Positions 1 to 8,279 of a DNA stretch of 64,000 bases are shown here, piece after piece. Below the pieces are notes generated by a model. It was not told the origin of the DNA and ran no database searches. It was given only the letters and a program-made list of their open reading frames with translations. Within the stretch, counting starts at the first letter, position 1, and every line of letters begins with the position of its first letter. The position numbers were made by a program, and so were the translations under genes. Origin of the DNA: Christensenellales bacterium (lineage in GTDB: Bacteria; Bacillota; Clostridia; Christensenellales; CAG-917); contig JBGUQC010000004.1 in NCBI GenBank assembly GCA_045130665.1, positions 507,217-571,216 on the forward strand, given 5' to 3'.

Positions 1-535
1 CAAATTCAACTAAGAAATTAATTCCTGCAACTGTAACAACTAAAAATATAAATACTCCATTTAATCCACCTTCAACACCCCAAACCTCAGCAATTACCTT
101 GTTAATCATCAATGCACCAATGATGAATATTCCTGTATTTATAATAGGTGCTAAAGCAGATGCTACATATGCTCCAATAATTGGATGCTTTTTTGCAATT
201 AGTTTATAAACTAAAGCAGGAATCCAACCACACATAATTGCTTTTACAAAGCAAATAAGTGCTACCATAAATGGTGATTCGGCAAATAACATCGCAGAAC
301 CAGCATCTAATCCTGTGACTACAGCAATGAAAGTTATTAAACCAAAAGAAAATCCTAATAGCATTCCAGCAATAGGTCCAAGTAATATTCCACCTAAAAC
401 TATTGGTACAAGTACCAATGAAATGCTAACAGGTCCAATCTTTATATAACTACCAACAAATTGCAATATAATAATCAATGCAAGAAGTATGGCAAAATAT
501 ACTATATTCTTTGTATTTATCTTGTTTGCTCTCAT
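1..535 (-). CDS. ECF-transporter S-component-like integral membrane protein (3' end cut by window edge)
   Basis: Not in ORF track because no stop lies in the window. Own translation from ATG at complement(533..535): MRANKINTKNIVYFAILLALIIILQFVGSYIKIGPVSISLVLVPIVLGGILLGP... Multi-helix hydrophobic protein with Gly/Pro-rich turns, like ECF substrate-capture components. Confidence 0.5.
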   Translation of the reverse strand, partial: MRANKINTKNIVYFAILLALIIILQFVGSYIKIGPVSISLVLVPIVLGGILLGPIAGMLLGFSFGLITFIAVVTGLDAGSAMLFAESPFMVALICFVKAIMCGWIPALVYKLIAKKHPIIGAYVASALAPIINTGIFIIGALMINKVIAEVWGVEGGLNGVFIFLVVTVAGINFLVEF

Positions 536-618
536 AATGTATATAAATATAACATATATTTTTGAAATAGTAATGGAAAATTATACCAAATTAACAATTA
601 ATTTGATATTATACTCTT

Positions 619-1311
619 ATGGCAAAATTAGTATATGAAAATGACAAGGCAATAATTAAGGATGTAAAGGCAGTATTTTTTGACCTGGATGGGACACTTA
701 TAGATAGTCTCCCATTTTGGAGATCAGTTAATAGAATGTTCTTTGCAAAATATAATATGGATTTACCAGATGGTTTCATTGCTAAAACAAATGCCATGCG
801 CTTTGAAGAAACTGTTGCATATTCTTGTTCTCTTGTTCCACAAAAAGTTGATGTAAATGAAGCAATACAAGAATGGAAAAATATAGCTATTGAACAGTAT
901 AAAAAAATCATTCCTCTAAAAGAAGGAGCACTTGATTATCTAAAACAAATCCATGATCTTGGAATAGATATGTATATCGTTACAAGTGGCGAACCATGTA
1001 TGTATGAACCATGTATGAAAAGAGTTGGAATATGGGAATATTTTAAAGATGTATTCTCTGCAAATTTGGTTGGAGTTGGTAAAGCAAGTGGCAAGATATA
1101 TGAGTATGTTCTTCAAAAAACAGGATTAAAAATAGACGAAATAGTGCTATTTGAGGATGCTTTATATGCTGTGCAAAGTGCTAATAAATTAGGCATTTTA
1201 ACTATTGCAGTTTATGATGAACATGGCGATTCCTTTGAAAACGCGAATTTACCAAATCATATACTTTATTCATTCAAAAATGCACCATTAATTACTGATT
1301 CTGCAAAATAA
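619..1311 (+). CDS. HAD-superfamily hydrolase (phosphatase/beta-phosphoglucomutase-like)
   Basis: 230-aa ORF. HAD motif I FFDLDGTLIDS near the N-terminus, with later VTSG and FEDALYAVQSA motifs. Confidence 0.8.
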   Translation: MAKLVYENDKAIIKDVKAVFFDLDGTLIDSLPFWRSVNRMFFAKYNMDLPDGFIAKTNAMRFEETVAYSCSLVPQKVDVNEAIQEWKNIAIEQYKKIIPLKEGALDYLKQIHDLGIDMYIVTSGEPCMYEPCMKRVGIWEYFKDVFSANLVGVGKASGKIYEYVLQKTGLKIDEIVLFEDALYAVQSANKLGILTIAVYDEHGDSFENANLPNHILYSFKNAPLITDSAK

Positions 1312-1404
1312 ACCACATTTTACACCTTATTTACATCCAGCAACATCTAGCTCTATATGAGCCTTATTTTATACGCGTTTTTATATTAATATAACACGCA
1401 AAAA

Positions 1405-1427
1405 AGACTATGCTAGTCTTTTATTTG
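1405..1427 (+). terminator. Rho-independent terminator candidate after the HAD gene
   Basis: agacta-tgc-tagtct hairpin, extendable by flanking A/T pairs, followed by tttatttg. Confidence 0.5.
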
Positions 1428-1474
1428 CATTTATATATGCCGATATGGTATTATTTTTATGAAAGGAATAAAAA

Positions 1475-3082
1475 ATGTTATCAATTTGCTTATATCGCGA
1501 CATCAGAGAATCCGAAAAATATAAGGCCTCTAAATCAAGGCTTACTTTTCCAGTTGGTCTTGAAAATGATGTAAGATATGTTGTTGATACATTAGATAAT
1601 TCGGGATCTATTTTAATTGCTGGTTGTTCTCAATGTGGAAAAACCATGTTCTTAAAATCAGTTTTAAAAAGTATTGTAGATAGAAACACACAAGACACTG
1701 CAGACATCTATATCTTTACAAGAAAAGCAGATGAATTAGCTTCATTTAGACACTCTCCAATGGTTGCTGGATTTACATCAGACTTTGGTGAAATGAATGA
1801 TACTCTAAAAGCTGTTAAAGCCTCACGTGGCATGATTTCAAATAAGGATAGATATTGCGTTATATTCATTGACGAAATTGCAGACTTCCTTGTATCAGAT
1901 TATGGTAACGAAATTGCAAATAGATTGTTCGATATTTCCAAACTTGAAAATGTATATATCGTTGCATCCACAGAAGTACCATCTATCTTCAATTCTCTAG
2001 ATCAATCTGAATTCCGTTCTTCAGATGAAGTATTAAGAGTTAGACGTATCTTTAAAACAGTTGCTCTTGGTGTCCAATTAGAATCTCAAGATGCATTCTT
2101 GCTTACAAGACAACGTGCGTATCCAAGAAATACTGGCGAATGGATGATATTTAAAGCAGGTTCAGATGACCATATCACAGTTGTTGGTTCTCTAATCCTT
2201 TCAAATGATTATGCTATCCAAGATGAGATAGATCGTTATAAACATCCAGAACAAAGAGCTAATACTCCAGACAATACTCAATTTAAAGCATGGGAGAAAT
2301 GTAGACAATACTTCCATGATAATAGAGAAGCTGCTAGACATAAGGGTAAAGAGGCCGAAAGAATCAAAGATACTATGGCTTTACACCTCACTGCATACCT
2401 TGCAAGCACAGGTATGTATAAGGCATCTTCTTTCCTTCAAAGATATTGCGATTATACTAGACACATAAAGGTCGTAGATATCCTAATCGACCCTACATAT
2501 GAACCATTATGGGACTTTAACCCTCTATCTGGTAAATACAACGATGAAATCGCTAGGTTACTTTTCCTTGAAAAATCAGCAGGAGAATTAGAGGGCGCAC
2601 ACTGGAATGGATTGATCGGCAGACTAGAATTAGCCTACTCAACTCCTAACTTCCCTCTCAAGGCCACAGACACCCTAATAACCATAATTATTAATGGTAC
2701 TATGGGATGCATTCCTTGCTATGACACACTCTTTAAGAGAGCTATTGAGGCCTTAAATAATGTTGAAGTTGTACCAGTTCTACATCCTATACTTTCTGAA
2801 GAGTCATTTAAGGCACTTTGTAACTTCATGAGATATAATTCCTCAGACTTCGGTGATATTCTTGCTAGACAAGAATACGAGCTCTATACGCCTATGAGAT
2901 TGCTAGATATGTATATGTGGCAAGTTGGTATAGATAGTTATAAACAAGACTATTCTAGAAAGAGACCTGAGGTTGTTAAAAAACAAGAAGCTTTGCTTGA
3001 AGCCGTTAATGCATTCGCACCAGAGAATATGACTCCAAATGAGGATGACATAGATATAACGGACAATCCAACTCAAGAGTAA
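1475..3082 (+). CDS. FtsK/SpoIIIE(HerA)-like P-loop ATPase domain fused to an uncharacterised C-terminal domain
   Basis: 535-aa ORF. FPVGL...ILIAGCSQCGKTMFLKSVL (Walker A) and YCVIFIDEIADFL (Walker B) in the spacing typical of FtsK motor domains. No TM segment. The last about 300 aa have no motif I recognise. AAAGGAA lies upstream of the ATG. Confidence 0.6.
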   Translation: MLSICLYRDIRESEKYKASKSRLTFPVGLENDVRYVVDTLDNSGSILIAGCSQCGKTMFLKSVLKSIVDRNTQDTADIYIFTRKADELASFRHSPMVAGFTSDFGEMNDTLKAVKASRGMISNKDRYCVIFIDEIADFLVSDYGNEIANRLFDISKLENVYIVASTEVPSIFNSLDQSEFRSSDEVLRVRRIFKTVALGVQLESQDAFLLTRQRAYPRNTGEWMIFKAGSDDHITVVGSLILSNDYAIQDEIDRYKHPEQRANTPDNTQFKAWEKCRQYFHDNREAARHKGKEAERIKDTMALHLTAYLASTGMYKASSFLQRYCDYTRHIKVVDILIDPTYEPLWDFNPLSGKYNDEIARLLFLEKSAGELEGAHWNGLIGRLELAYSTPNFPLKATDTLITIIINGTMGCIPCYDTLFKRAIEALNNVEVVPVLHPILSEESFKALCNFMRYNSSDFGDILARQEYELYTPMRLLDMYMWQVGIDSYKQDYSRKRPEVVKKQEALLEAVNAFAPENMTPNEDDIDITDNPTQE

Positions 3083-3089
3083 AATAAAA

Positions 3090-3124
3090 GGGCTACTGAT
3101 TCAACATCAATAGCCCTTATTTTT
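3090..3124. terminator. Bidirectional terminator between convergent genes
   Basis: gggcta-c-tgat ... atca-a-tagccc hairpin flanked by an A-run (left) and ttattttt (right). Confidence 0.6.
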
Positions 3125-3137
3125 ACATTAATATTGT

Positions 3138-5552
3138 TTATTTAGATTTATCTAAGTTCTTCCATAAAGATTCATAGTTCTTTTCATAATATGTAATATT
3201 ATCTGAAATAGCACCTTCACCGAACTTATTTACTTCTAATGAATACTTCTCATATTTCTTACCAGATAATAACTTATCGTAGATAACATCGTAAATTGTC
3301 TTGCAATTATCTAATTCTTTATCATATGTAATAACATAATTAACTGGCAGCTTATTCGCTTTTTGTAATAAATCTAGATTAATTGGTTCTTCAGGAACTT
3401 TTGTTCCATCTAAATTTTCGAATGTCTGTGTGGAATCATCATAACATGAATATGTTGTAACAAGAACAAAGATTCCAGCATAACCAGATGTTGAACCATT
3501 ATCAATAAAGCTATCTGCAAATAGATAAGAATTATCTAATGTTCCATCTGTGCTATATGAACCAACGCCTTTGTTTATTAAAGCTCTTGCTCTATCTGTG
3601 AATGCTGTAATATATGATGAAGCAACGTCTGAATCTTTTGCAGATACCATATATCCTAATCCACCATTGTTAGAATCTGAGGATGTACCACCTGAATCAT
3701 CACCAACAAGATATAACCATGCTGTTGCTAATTCTCTGTACCAGTAAACTGATTCAATGTGAGACAATTCATTTGCTGCAACTGCATCATCGATTTGCTT
3801 GAAGCTGTTGTAGATTTGTTCAACAATACCTGTCTTTGTTCCATCAGACATTGCTGGCCAATATTTAATATTGCCCTCATCATCTGGATCAGAAAGATAT
3901 GCCATTGTTGGACATTCGTGTACGTTGTACACGATTTCCCATTTACCATCATCGTTCTTCTTGAATTCAATCATCTTATCGAAATCATTATCTTTGTTGT
4001 ATTCATTATACTTATGATCTGGATCTAAACATGTACATTGATGGTTCTTATCTGTTTGTGCGTCATAGGCAACATAGTTGTCTAACTCTTCTGTATAATG
4101 ATCACATTCTGCCTCAGATGAATAATCTGGATTAGAAACTGCTACCATATGTGCATTGAGTAATTCGTTTCTACGAGCAATAAGTTGTTCTTTAGAATAT
4201 GTACCATCAGAAGCCATCTTGGTCAATTCATCAACTTCATCGCTATCTAACTTAAGTAAGATGTTAATTACAAATCCATAACAATCTTGTGATTCTGGTA
4301 TTGTTGTAGTATCAGCTGCATAGTTTTGCCAAATTGCATCTGAAAGAGTTCCTGTGATAGCTGTTTCATAAGCTGAATCACTATCTGCATATACTTCAAT
4401 ATTGTTTGCAACTAATCTATCATATTCTGCAATAACTTCACTTGGATCAACCTCAACATTGTATCCAACCATTCTTTGATACTTGTTAAGTATCAATGTC
4501 TTGAATTCGCCATTGAGGTAATAATCATAATCCATATATGAATCAGCAAGTTTATCCTTTAATTGTTTCATGGATTTATCAAAGTACTTGTTGATATCCT
4601 CATCTGTTAATTCTAAAGTTTCTTGTGCCTTGTCTTTTGCAGTTTGTGCATATGCTGCATCAAAGAACTTTAACTTTGCAGCTGCTTCTGCATCAGATAC
4701 GGCAGCTTTAATCTCAGCTTCAGATGTATATTTGGAATAATCATAAGTTGTATCTTCTTCCTCTTCCTTAGCCTTCTCTGTTCTAGGTGCTAAGTATTTT
4801 GTCCACTTAGCCTTGAGGTAAAGATTTGCTTCTAACTTGGCATCTGCACCAAATGGATATAATGTACCGGAAACAACATTATCATTAACTACATACCAAC
4901 CAATGAATGTATATCCATCTTTTGTTGGATTGGTTGGTCTATCAGCAGCTTCGCCTTTTAAAATCTTTTGAGTTTCAACATCTGTGCCACCATCTGAATC
5001 AAAGAATACTCTGATAACATTATCTTTGTTATCCTTTGTAATCTTTTCATGAGTATAAACACCAGAATCAGTAGCTTCTTGAGCACCTTGATTTGCTTTA
5101 TCTTCTTCGATCAATTCTTTAATAATGGATTCTAAAGAAGTTTGCATATCCTTGTTGATTTCGTCAACAGCATCAACATATTCAAGGTTAGATAAGAATT
5201 GTCTTAATTCTAAGTTTGCTGGTTCACCTAATCCTTCTTCAGATGCAATTCTGTCTTTTACATAAAGAACTAATAATTCTCTTTGTGCTAAAGAAGAAAG
5301 AATGTAACTAGCAGCTTGTTCATATGTCATGCCATAATATTGAACATAAGAATAGGCATAAGCATTAAAGCTTGATGCAAGTTGTGCTTTTGTGATAGTT
5401 GCAACTTGGTTGTTATAAACTATCTTTGCAACAACTTGGTTTGCGTCTCTTGCTTCGTTCTTAGAGAAGATCTTATCGCATCCAGCAAGCATTGTGATTG
5501 CTAGTGATAAAAGAAGAACGATTACCAAGATTGTAAATAATTTTCTTTTCAT
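3138..5552 (-). CDS. Large surface lipoprotein, PrsA/SurA-like foldase architecture with Listeria-Bacteroides repeat insertion
   Basis: 804 aa. Signal peptide with lipobox MKRKLFTILVIVLLLSLAITMLAGC. SurA-N/PrsA-like N-terminus. FFDSDGGTDVETQ...PTKDGYTFIGWY matches the Listeria-Bacteroides (Flg_new) repeat. Distal NGGLGYM...F..A..L..G.GS...SGYAGIFVLV resembles a degenerate parvulin. Confidence 0.65.
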   Translation of the reverse strand: MKRKLFTILVIVLLLSLAITMLAGCDKIFSKNEARDANQVVAKIVYNNQVATITKAQLASSFNAYAYSYVQYYGMTYEQAASYILSSLAQRELLVLYVKDRIASEEGLGEPANLELRQFLSNLEYVDAVDEINKDMQTSLESIIKELIEEDKANQGAQEATDSGVYTHEKITKDNKDNVIRVFFDSDGGTDVETQKILKGEAADRPTNPTKDGYTFIGWYVVNDNVVSGTLYPFGADAKLEANLYLKAKWTKYLAPRTEKAKEEEEDTTYDYSKYTSEAEIKAAVSDAEAAAKLKFFDAAYAQTAKDKAQETLELTDEDINKYFDKSMKQLKDKLADSYMDYDYYLNGEFKTLILNKYQRMVGYNVEVDPSEVIAEYDRLVANNIEVYADSDSAYETAITGTLSDAIWQNYAADTTTIPESQDCYGFVINILLKLDSDEVDELTKMASDGTYSKEQLIARRNELLNAHMVAVSNPDYSSEAECDHYTEELDNYVAYDAQTDKNHQCTCLDPDHKYNEYNKDNDFDKMIEFKKNDDGKWEIVYNVHECPTMAYLSDPDDEGNIKYWPAMSDGTKTGIVEQIYNSFKQIDDAVAANELSHIESVYWYRELATAWLYLVGDDSGGTSSDSNNGGLGYMVSAKDSDVASSYITAFTDRARALINKGVGSYSTDGTLDNSYLFADSFIDNGSTSGYAGIFVLVTTYSCYDDSTQTFENLDGTKVPEEPINLDLLQKANKLPVNYVITYDKELDNCKTIYDVIYDKLLSGKKYEKYSLEVNKFGEGAISDNITYYEKNYESLWKNLDKSK

Positions 5553-5650
5553 TGTTGTCTCCGATATATAATTTCACCTTTGGTGAAAACTAGTTTCTTT
5601 TTATGTTATATACGCACATATAGGCATACTTATAGAGCATATATAAAGGT

Positions 5651-5679
5651 ATTATACTTAAAATAATACTTATTGACAA
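5651..5679 (-). promoter_or_regulatory. Sigma-70-type promoter for the lipoprotein gene
   Basis: Minus-strand reading is TTGTCA-17 nt-TATAAT (-35 at 5674..5679, -10 at 5651..5656), about 95 nt upstream of the start codon. Confidence 0.55.
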
Positions 5680-5711
5680 ATGATTTTTATTTGTCTTTTG
5701 CATTTTTACGA

Positions 5712-5746
5712 CAAAACAAAAACTCCAAGATTTTTTAATCTTAGAG
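5712..5746 (-). terminator. Rho-independent terminator after the 5777..6307 gene
   Basis: ctccaagatt/aatcttagag hairpin with one mismatch. On the minus strand it is followed by gtttttgtttt. Confidence 0.55.
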
Positions 5747-5776
5747 TTAATGTTATTTGACTTAAGCAAATAAAAA

Positions 5777-6307
5777 CTATTTTTTCTTTGAACCTTTCTT
5801 GTCTACGAATGCTGAAACGATTACAAGAACGCCAAATACTGCAACAACTACACCAACGATAATCCAGAAAATATCTCTGAAATCATCTAATGCAATATAT
5901 AAAGAAGCAAAGATTATTAATGCAACACCTAGAACAAGTTCTATAATGCCTATTAATAAATTCTTCTTTACGATATAGTAAATACCTGCTGATAAAAGTG
6001 CTGCGCCTAATGCTAATAAAAGAACGATTGCAATATTAATAAATACTGCAAGTGAAATAAAGAAGCTTGCAAGTAAGAATGCGCCAATTAATAATAGTGC
6101 TACTCCTAAGAAAATATAGCCGAATGCAAACTTGTTTTCTTTAACTGTACTATAGATACCAAGACCTAATAGAGCAGCTCCCGCAATTAATGCTATAACA
6201 CCAATAAAGATATCAAGAGCATATCCTGCGCCACATACTGCAATAATAATTCCTAAAGCAATTAACAAAGCGCCACAAACAATTGGAAATATTTGTTCTT
6301 TCTTCAT
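5777..6307 (-). CDS. HdeD/DUF308-like small integral membrane protein
   Basis: 176 aa, almost entirely hydrophobic. Three repeated two-helix units rich in G/A/L/I, with a KKGSKKK tail. AGGAGG RBS. Confidence 0.6.
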   Translation of the reverse strand: MKKEQIFPIVCGALLIALGIIIAVCGAGYALDIFIGVIALIAGAALLGLGIYSTVKENKFAFGYIFLGVALLLIGAFLLASFFISLAVFINIAIVLLLALGAALLSAGIYYIVKKNLLIGIIELVLGVALIIFASLYIALDDFRDIFWIIVGVVVAVFGVLVIVSAFVDKKGSKKK

Positions 6308-6338
6308 TTTGAAATCCTCCTAAATTATTTTTGTAAAA

Positions 6339-6367
6339 ATTATAATGTCTACGCCTTTCTATGTCAA
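6339..6367 (-). promoter_or_regulatory. Consensus sigma-70 promoter for 5777..6307
   Basis: Minus-strand reading is TTGACA-17 nt (tagaaaggcgtagacat)-TATAAT, an exact consensus. Confidence 0.65.
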
Positions 6368-6415
6368 AAAATTACATATAATTTATTTAATAAATAAAAA
6401 AGTTTAGTTTTTCTC

Positions 6416-6445
6416 TTGTCTTTTTTTATTTTATATTGTTAAAAT
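6416..6445 (+). promoter_or_regulatory. Candidate promoter of the mgtE leader
   Basis: TTGTCT (6416..6421), 18-nt spacer, extended -10 TGtTAAAAT (6437..6445). Confidence 0.4.
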
Positions 6446-6489
6446 ACCTATGTGCACGAATGCATAATTCTTTAAAGGAGGAACGAGTC

Positions 6490-6558
6490 ATGAATTATCA
6501 CCATGTTGAAGATGATGCACCATACCGAAGTTGCTTGGCTTGTTCCATCAATTTCTAG
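6490..6558 (+). CDS. Candidate 22-codon leader peptide ORF upstream of mgtE (MNYHHVEDDAPYRSCLACSINF)
   Basis: GGAGG at 6477..6481, 8-nt spacer, ATG at 6490, TAG at 6556..6558. Below the ORF-track size cut-off. mgtE itself has no recognisable SD. Confidence 0.3.
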   Translation: MNYHHVEDDAPYRSCLACSINF

Positions 6559-6599
6559 TTTTACATTATCTTAGATAATTTTTAGACTTTATTTAAAAA

Positions 6600-8270
6600 A
6601 TGAAGGAAAAAATTCTCGAACTTTTAAAGGAAAAAGACTACTTAGGCGCAGCAGAAGAAATGGCTACGCTTAATCCAAAGCATGCTGCAACAATTCTAGA
6701 AGAATTAGATCAAGAGCATCTTATCCCACTTTGTAAGGAATTAGAACCAGATTTCCTTGCAGATGTACTTATTGAATTGGATCCGGACTTAAAACAAACT
6801 ATTATTAATAGTTTAAATGAAGAAGAATTGGATGAATTCATGGATGAGGTTGATACTGATGATAAACTAGAAATTATTGAAGACTTGCCAGAAAGTACAG
6901 CTTTGAAAATTATAGACTACGAAGAAATTAACCAACTTTTAGAAGATAGAAACTTCTCTACCTTAAAGCCATTACTAAGTTCAATGAACGAAAATGACTT
7001 GGCAGATATTTTCGAACAAATACCAGATCAAAACTTGGTCTTATTGTTCAGACTTCTTCCTAAAGACTTAGCTGCAGATGCATTCGTAGAAATGGATTCG
7101 GAAACTCAAGAACAATTATTAAATAAATTGTCTGACCAAGAATTGAAATCCGTTATGGATGAAATGTTCGTTGACGATATCGTAGATATCGTTGAGGAGA
7201 TGCCATCTAACGTAGTTAAGAGATTACTTGCAAAGACAGATCCAGCAAGAAGAGATTATGTTAATCAATTATTAAGATACCCAAAGGATAGTGCTGGTTC
7301 CATCATGACAGTTGAGTACATGTATTTCTACTCATACCTTACTGTTGAACAAGCTTTTGCAAAAATCAGAAAAAACGCTATTAACAAGGAAACTATTTAC
7401 ACTTGCTACGTAGTAGATAAAACAAATAAATTAATAGGTATGGTAACGGCCAAGGATTTAATGCTTGCCTCACCTGAGACAACCATTGAGGATATCATGG
7501 AAGAGAATGTTATCTATTCCTACACATTAGATGATAAAGAAGATGTTGCAAGAAAACTAACGGAATATGGCTTCTTAGCAATTCCAATAGTTGACGAAGA
7601 ACAAAGACTTGTTGGTATCGTAACAGTTGATGACGCTATTGATGTTCTTCAAGAAGAGAACACCGAGGATATCGAAAAAATGAACGCTATCCGTCCATCA
7701 GATAAACCATATCTAAAACAAAGCGTTTTCTCAATTTGGAAAAACAGAATACCTTGGTTACTTGTTCTTTTAGTAAGTGCAACATTCACTGGATTAATTA
7801 TTAATAAATATGAAGCAAAATTAAGTGCTATAAGTACAGTATTATTCGCATGTGTGCCTATGCTCATGGACACAGGCGGTAATGCAGGTTCCCAAGCATC
7901 AGTTACAGTTATTCGTTCTCTAGCTCTAGGTGATGTAGAAACGAAGGACTTCTTTAAGGTTGTTTGGAAAGAGATAAGAGTTTCACTCTTATTAGGTGTT
8001 TCACTTGCAATTGCATGTTTTGGAAAACTTATGCTCTTAGATAACTTAGCATTTGGATATAAAGATTATACTCCAATGCGTTGTGCAATAGTTGCACTCG
8101 CTCTCTTCATTACAGTTATCCTTGCAAAGTTAGTTGGATGTATTCTCCCATTACTTGCAAAGAAATGTAAATTAGACCCTGCAGTTGTTGCATCTCCATT
8201 CATTACAACCATTGTTGATGCTCTATCATTAATTATTTACTGCACAATAGCCGTTGCAATATTATCTTAA
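6600..8270 (+). CDS. mgtE: Magnesium transporter MgtE with extended N-terminal region
   Basis: 556 aa. Acidic MgtE-N helices, CBS pair, TM domain with PMLMDTGGNAGSQAS signature. Confidence 0.9.
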   Translation: MKEKILELLKEKDYLGAAEEMATLNPKHAATILEELDQEHLIPLCKELEPDFLADVLIELDPDLKQTIINSLNEEELDEFMDEVDTDDKLEIIEDLPESTALKIIDYEEINQLLEDRNFSTLKPLLSSMNENDLADIFEQIPDQNLVLLFRLLPKDLAADAFVEMDSETQEQLLNKLSDQELKSVMDEMFVDDIVDIVEEMPSNVVKRLLAKTDPARRDYVNQLLRYPKDSAGSIMTVEYMYFYSYLTVEQAFAKIRKNAINKETIYTCYVVDKTNKLIGMVTAKDLMLASPETTIEDIMEENVIYSYTLDDKEDVARKLTEYGFLAIPIVDEEQRLVGIVTVDDAIDVLQEENTEDIEKMNAIRPSDKPYLKQSVFSIWKNRIPWLLVLLVSATFTGLIINKYEAKLSAISTVLFACVPMLMDTGGNAGSQASVTVIRSLALGDVETKDFFKVVWKEIRVSLLLGVSLAIACFGKLMLLDNLAFGYKDYTPMRCAIVALALFITVILAKLVGCILPLLAKKCKLDPAVVASPFITTIVDALSLIIYCTIAVAILS

Positions 8271-8279
8271 TGGTGAATT

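Noticed and set aside
6420-6599. M-box (ykoK) Mg2+ riboswitch upstream of mgtE
   Set aside because: The leader is only about 150 nt from the likely TSS. I can find only a CCAUAC fragment, and not the conserved GGUGAGG ... GCUAAAGC core blocks at the roughly 140-nt spacing I recall for the M-box. It should still be tested with Infernal.
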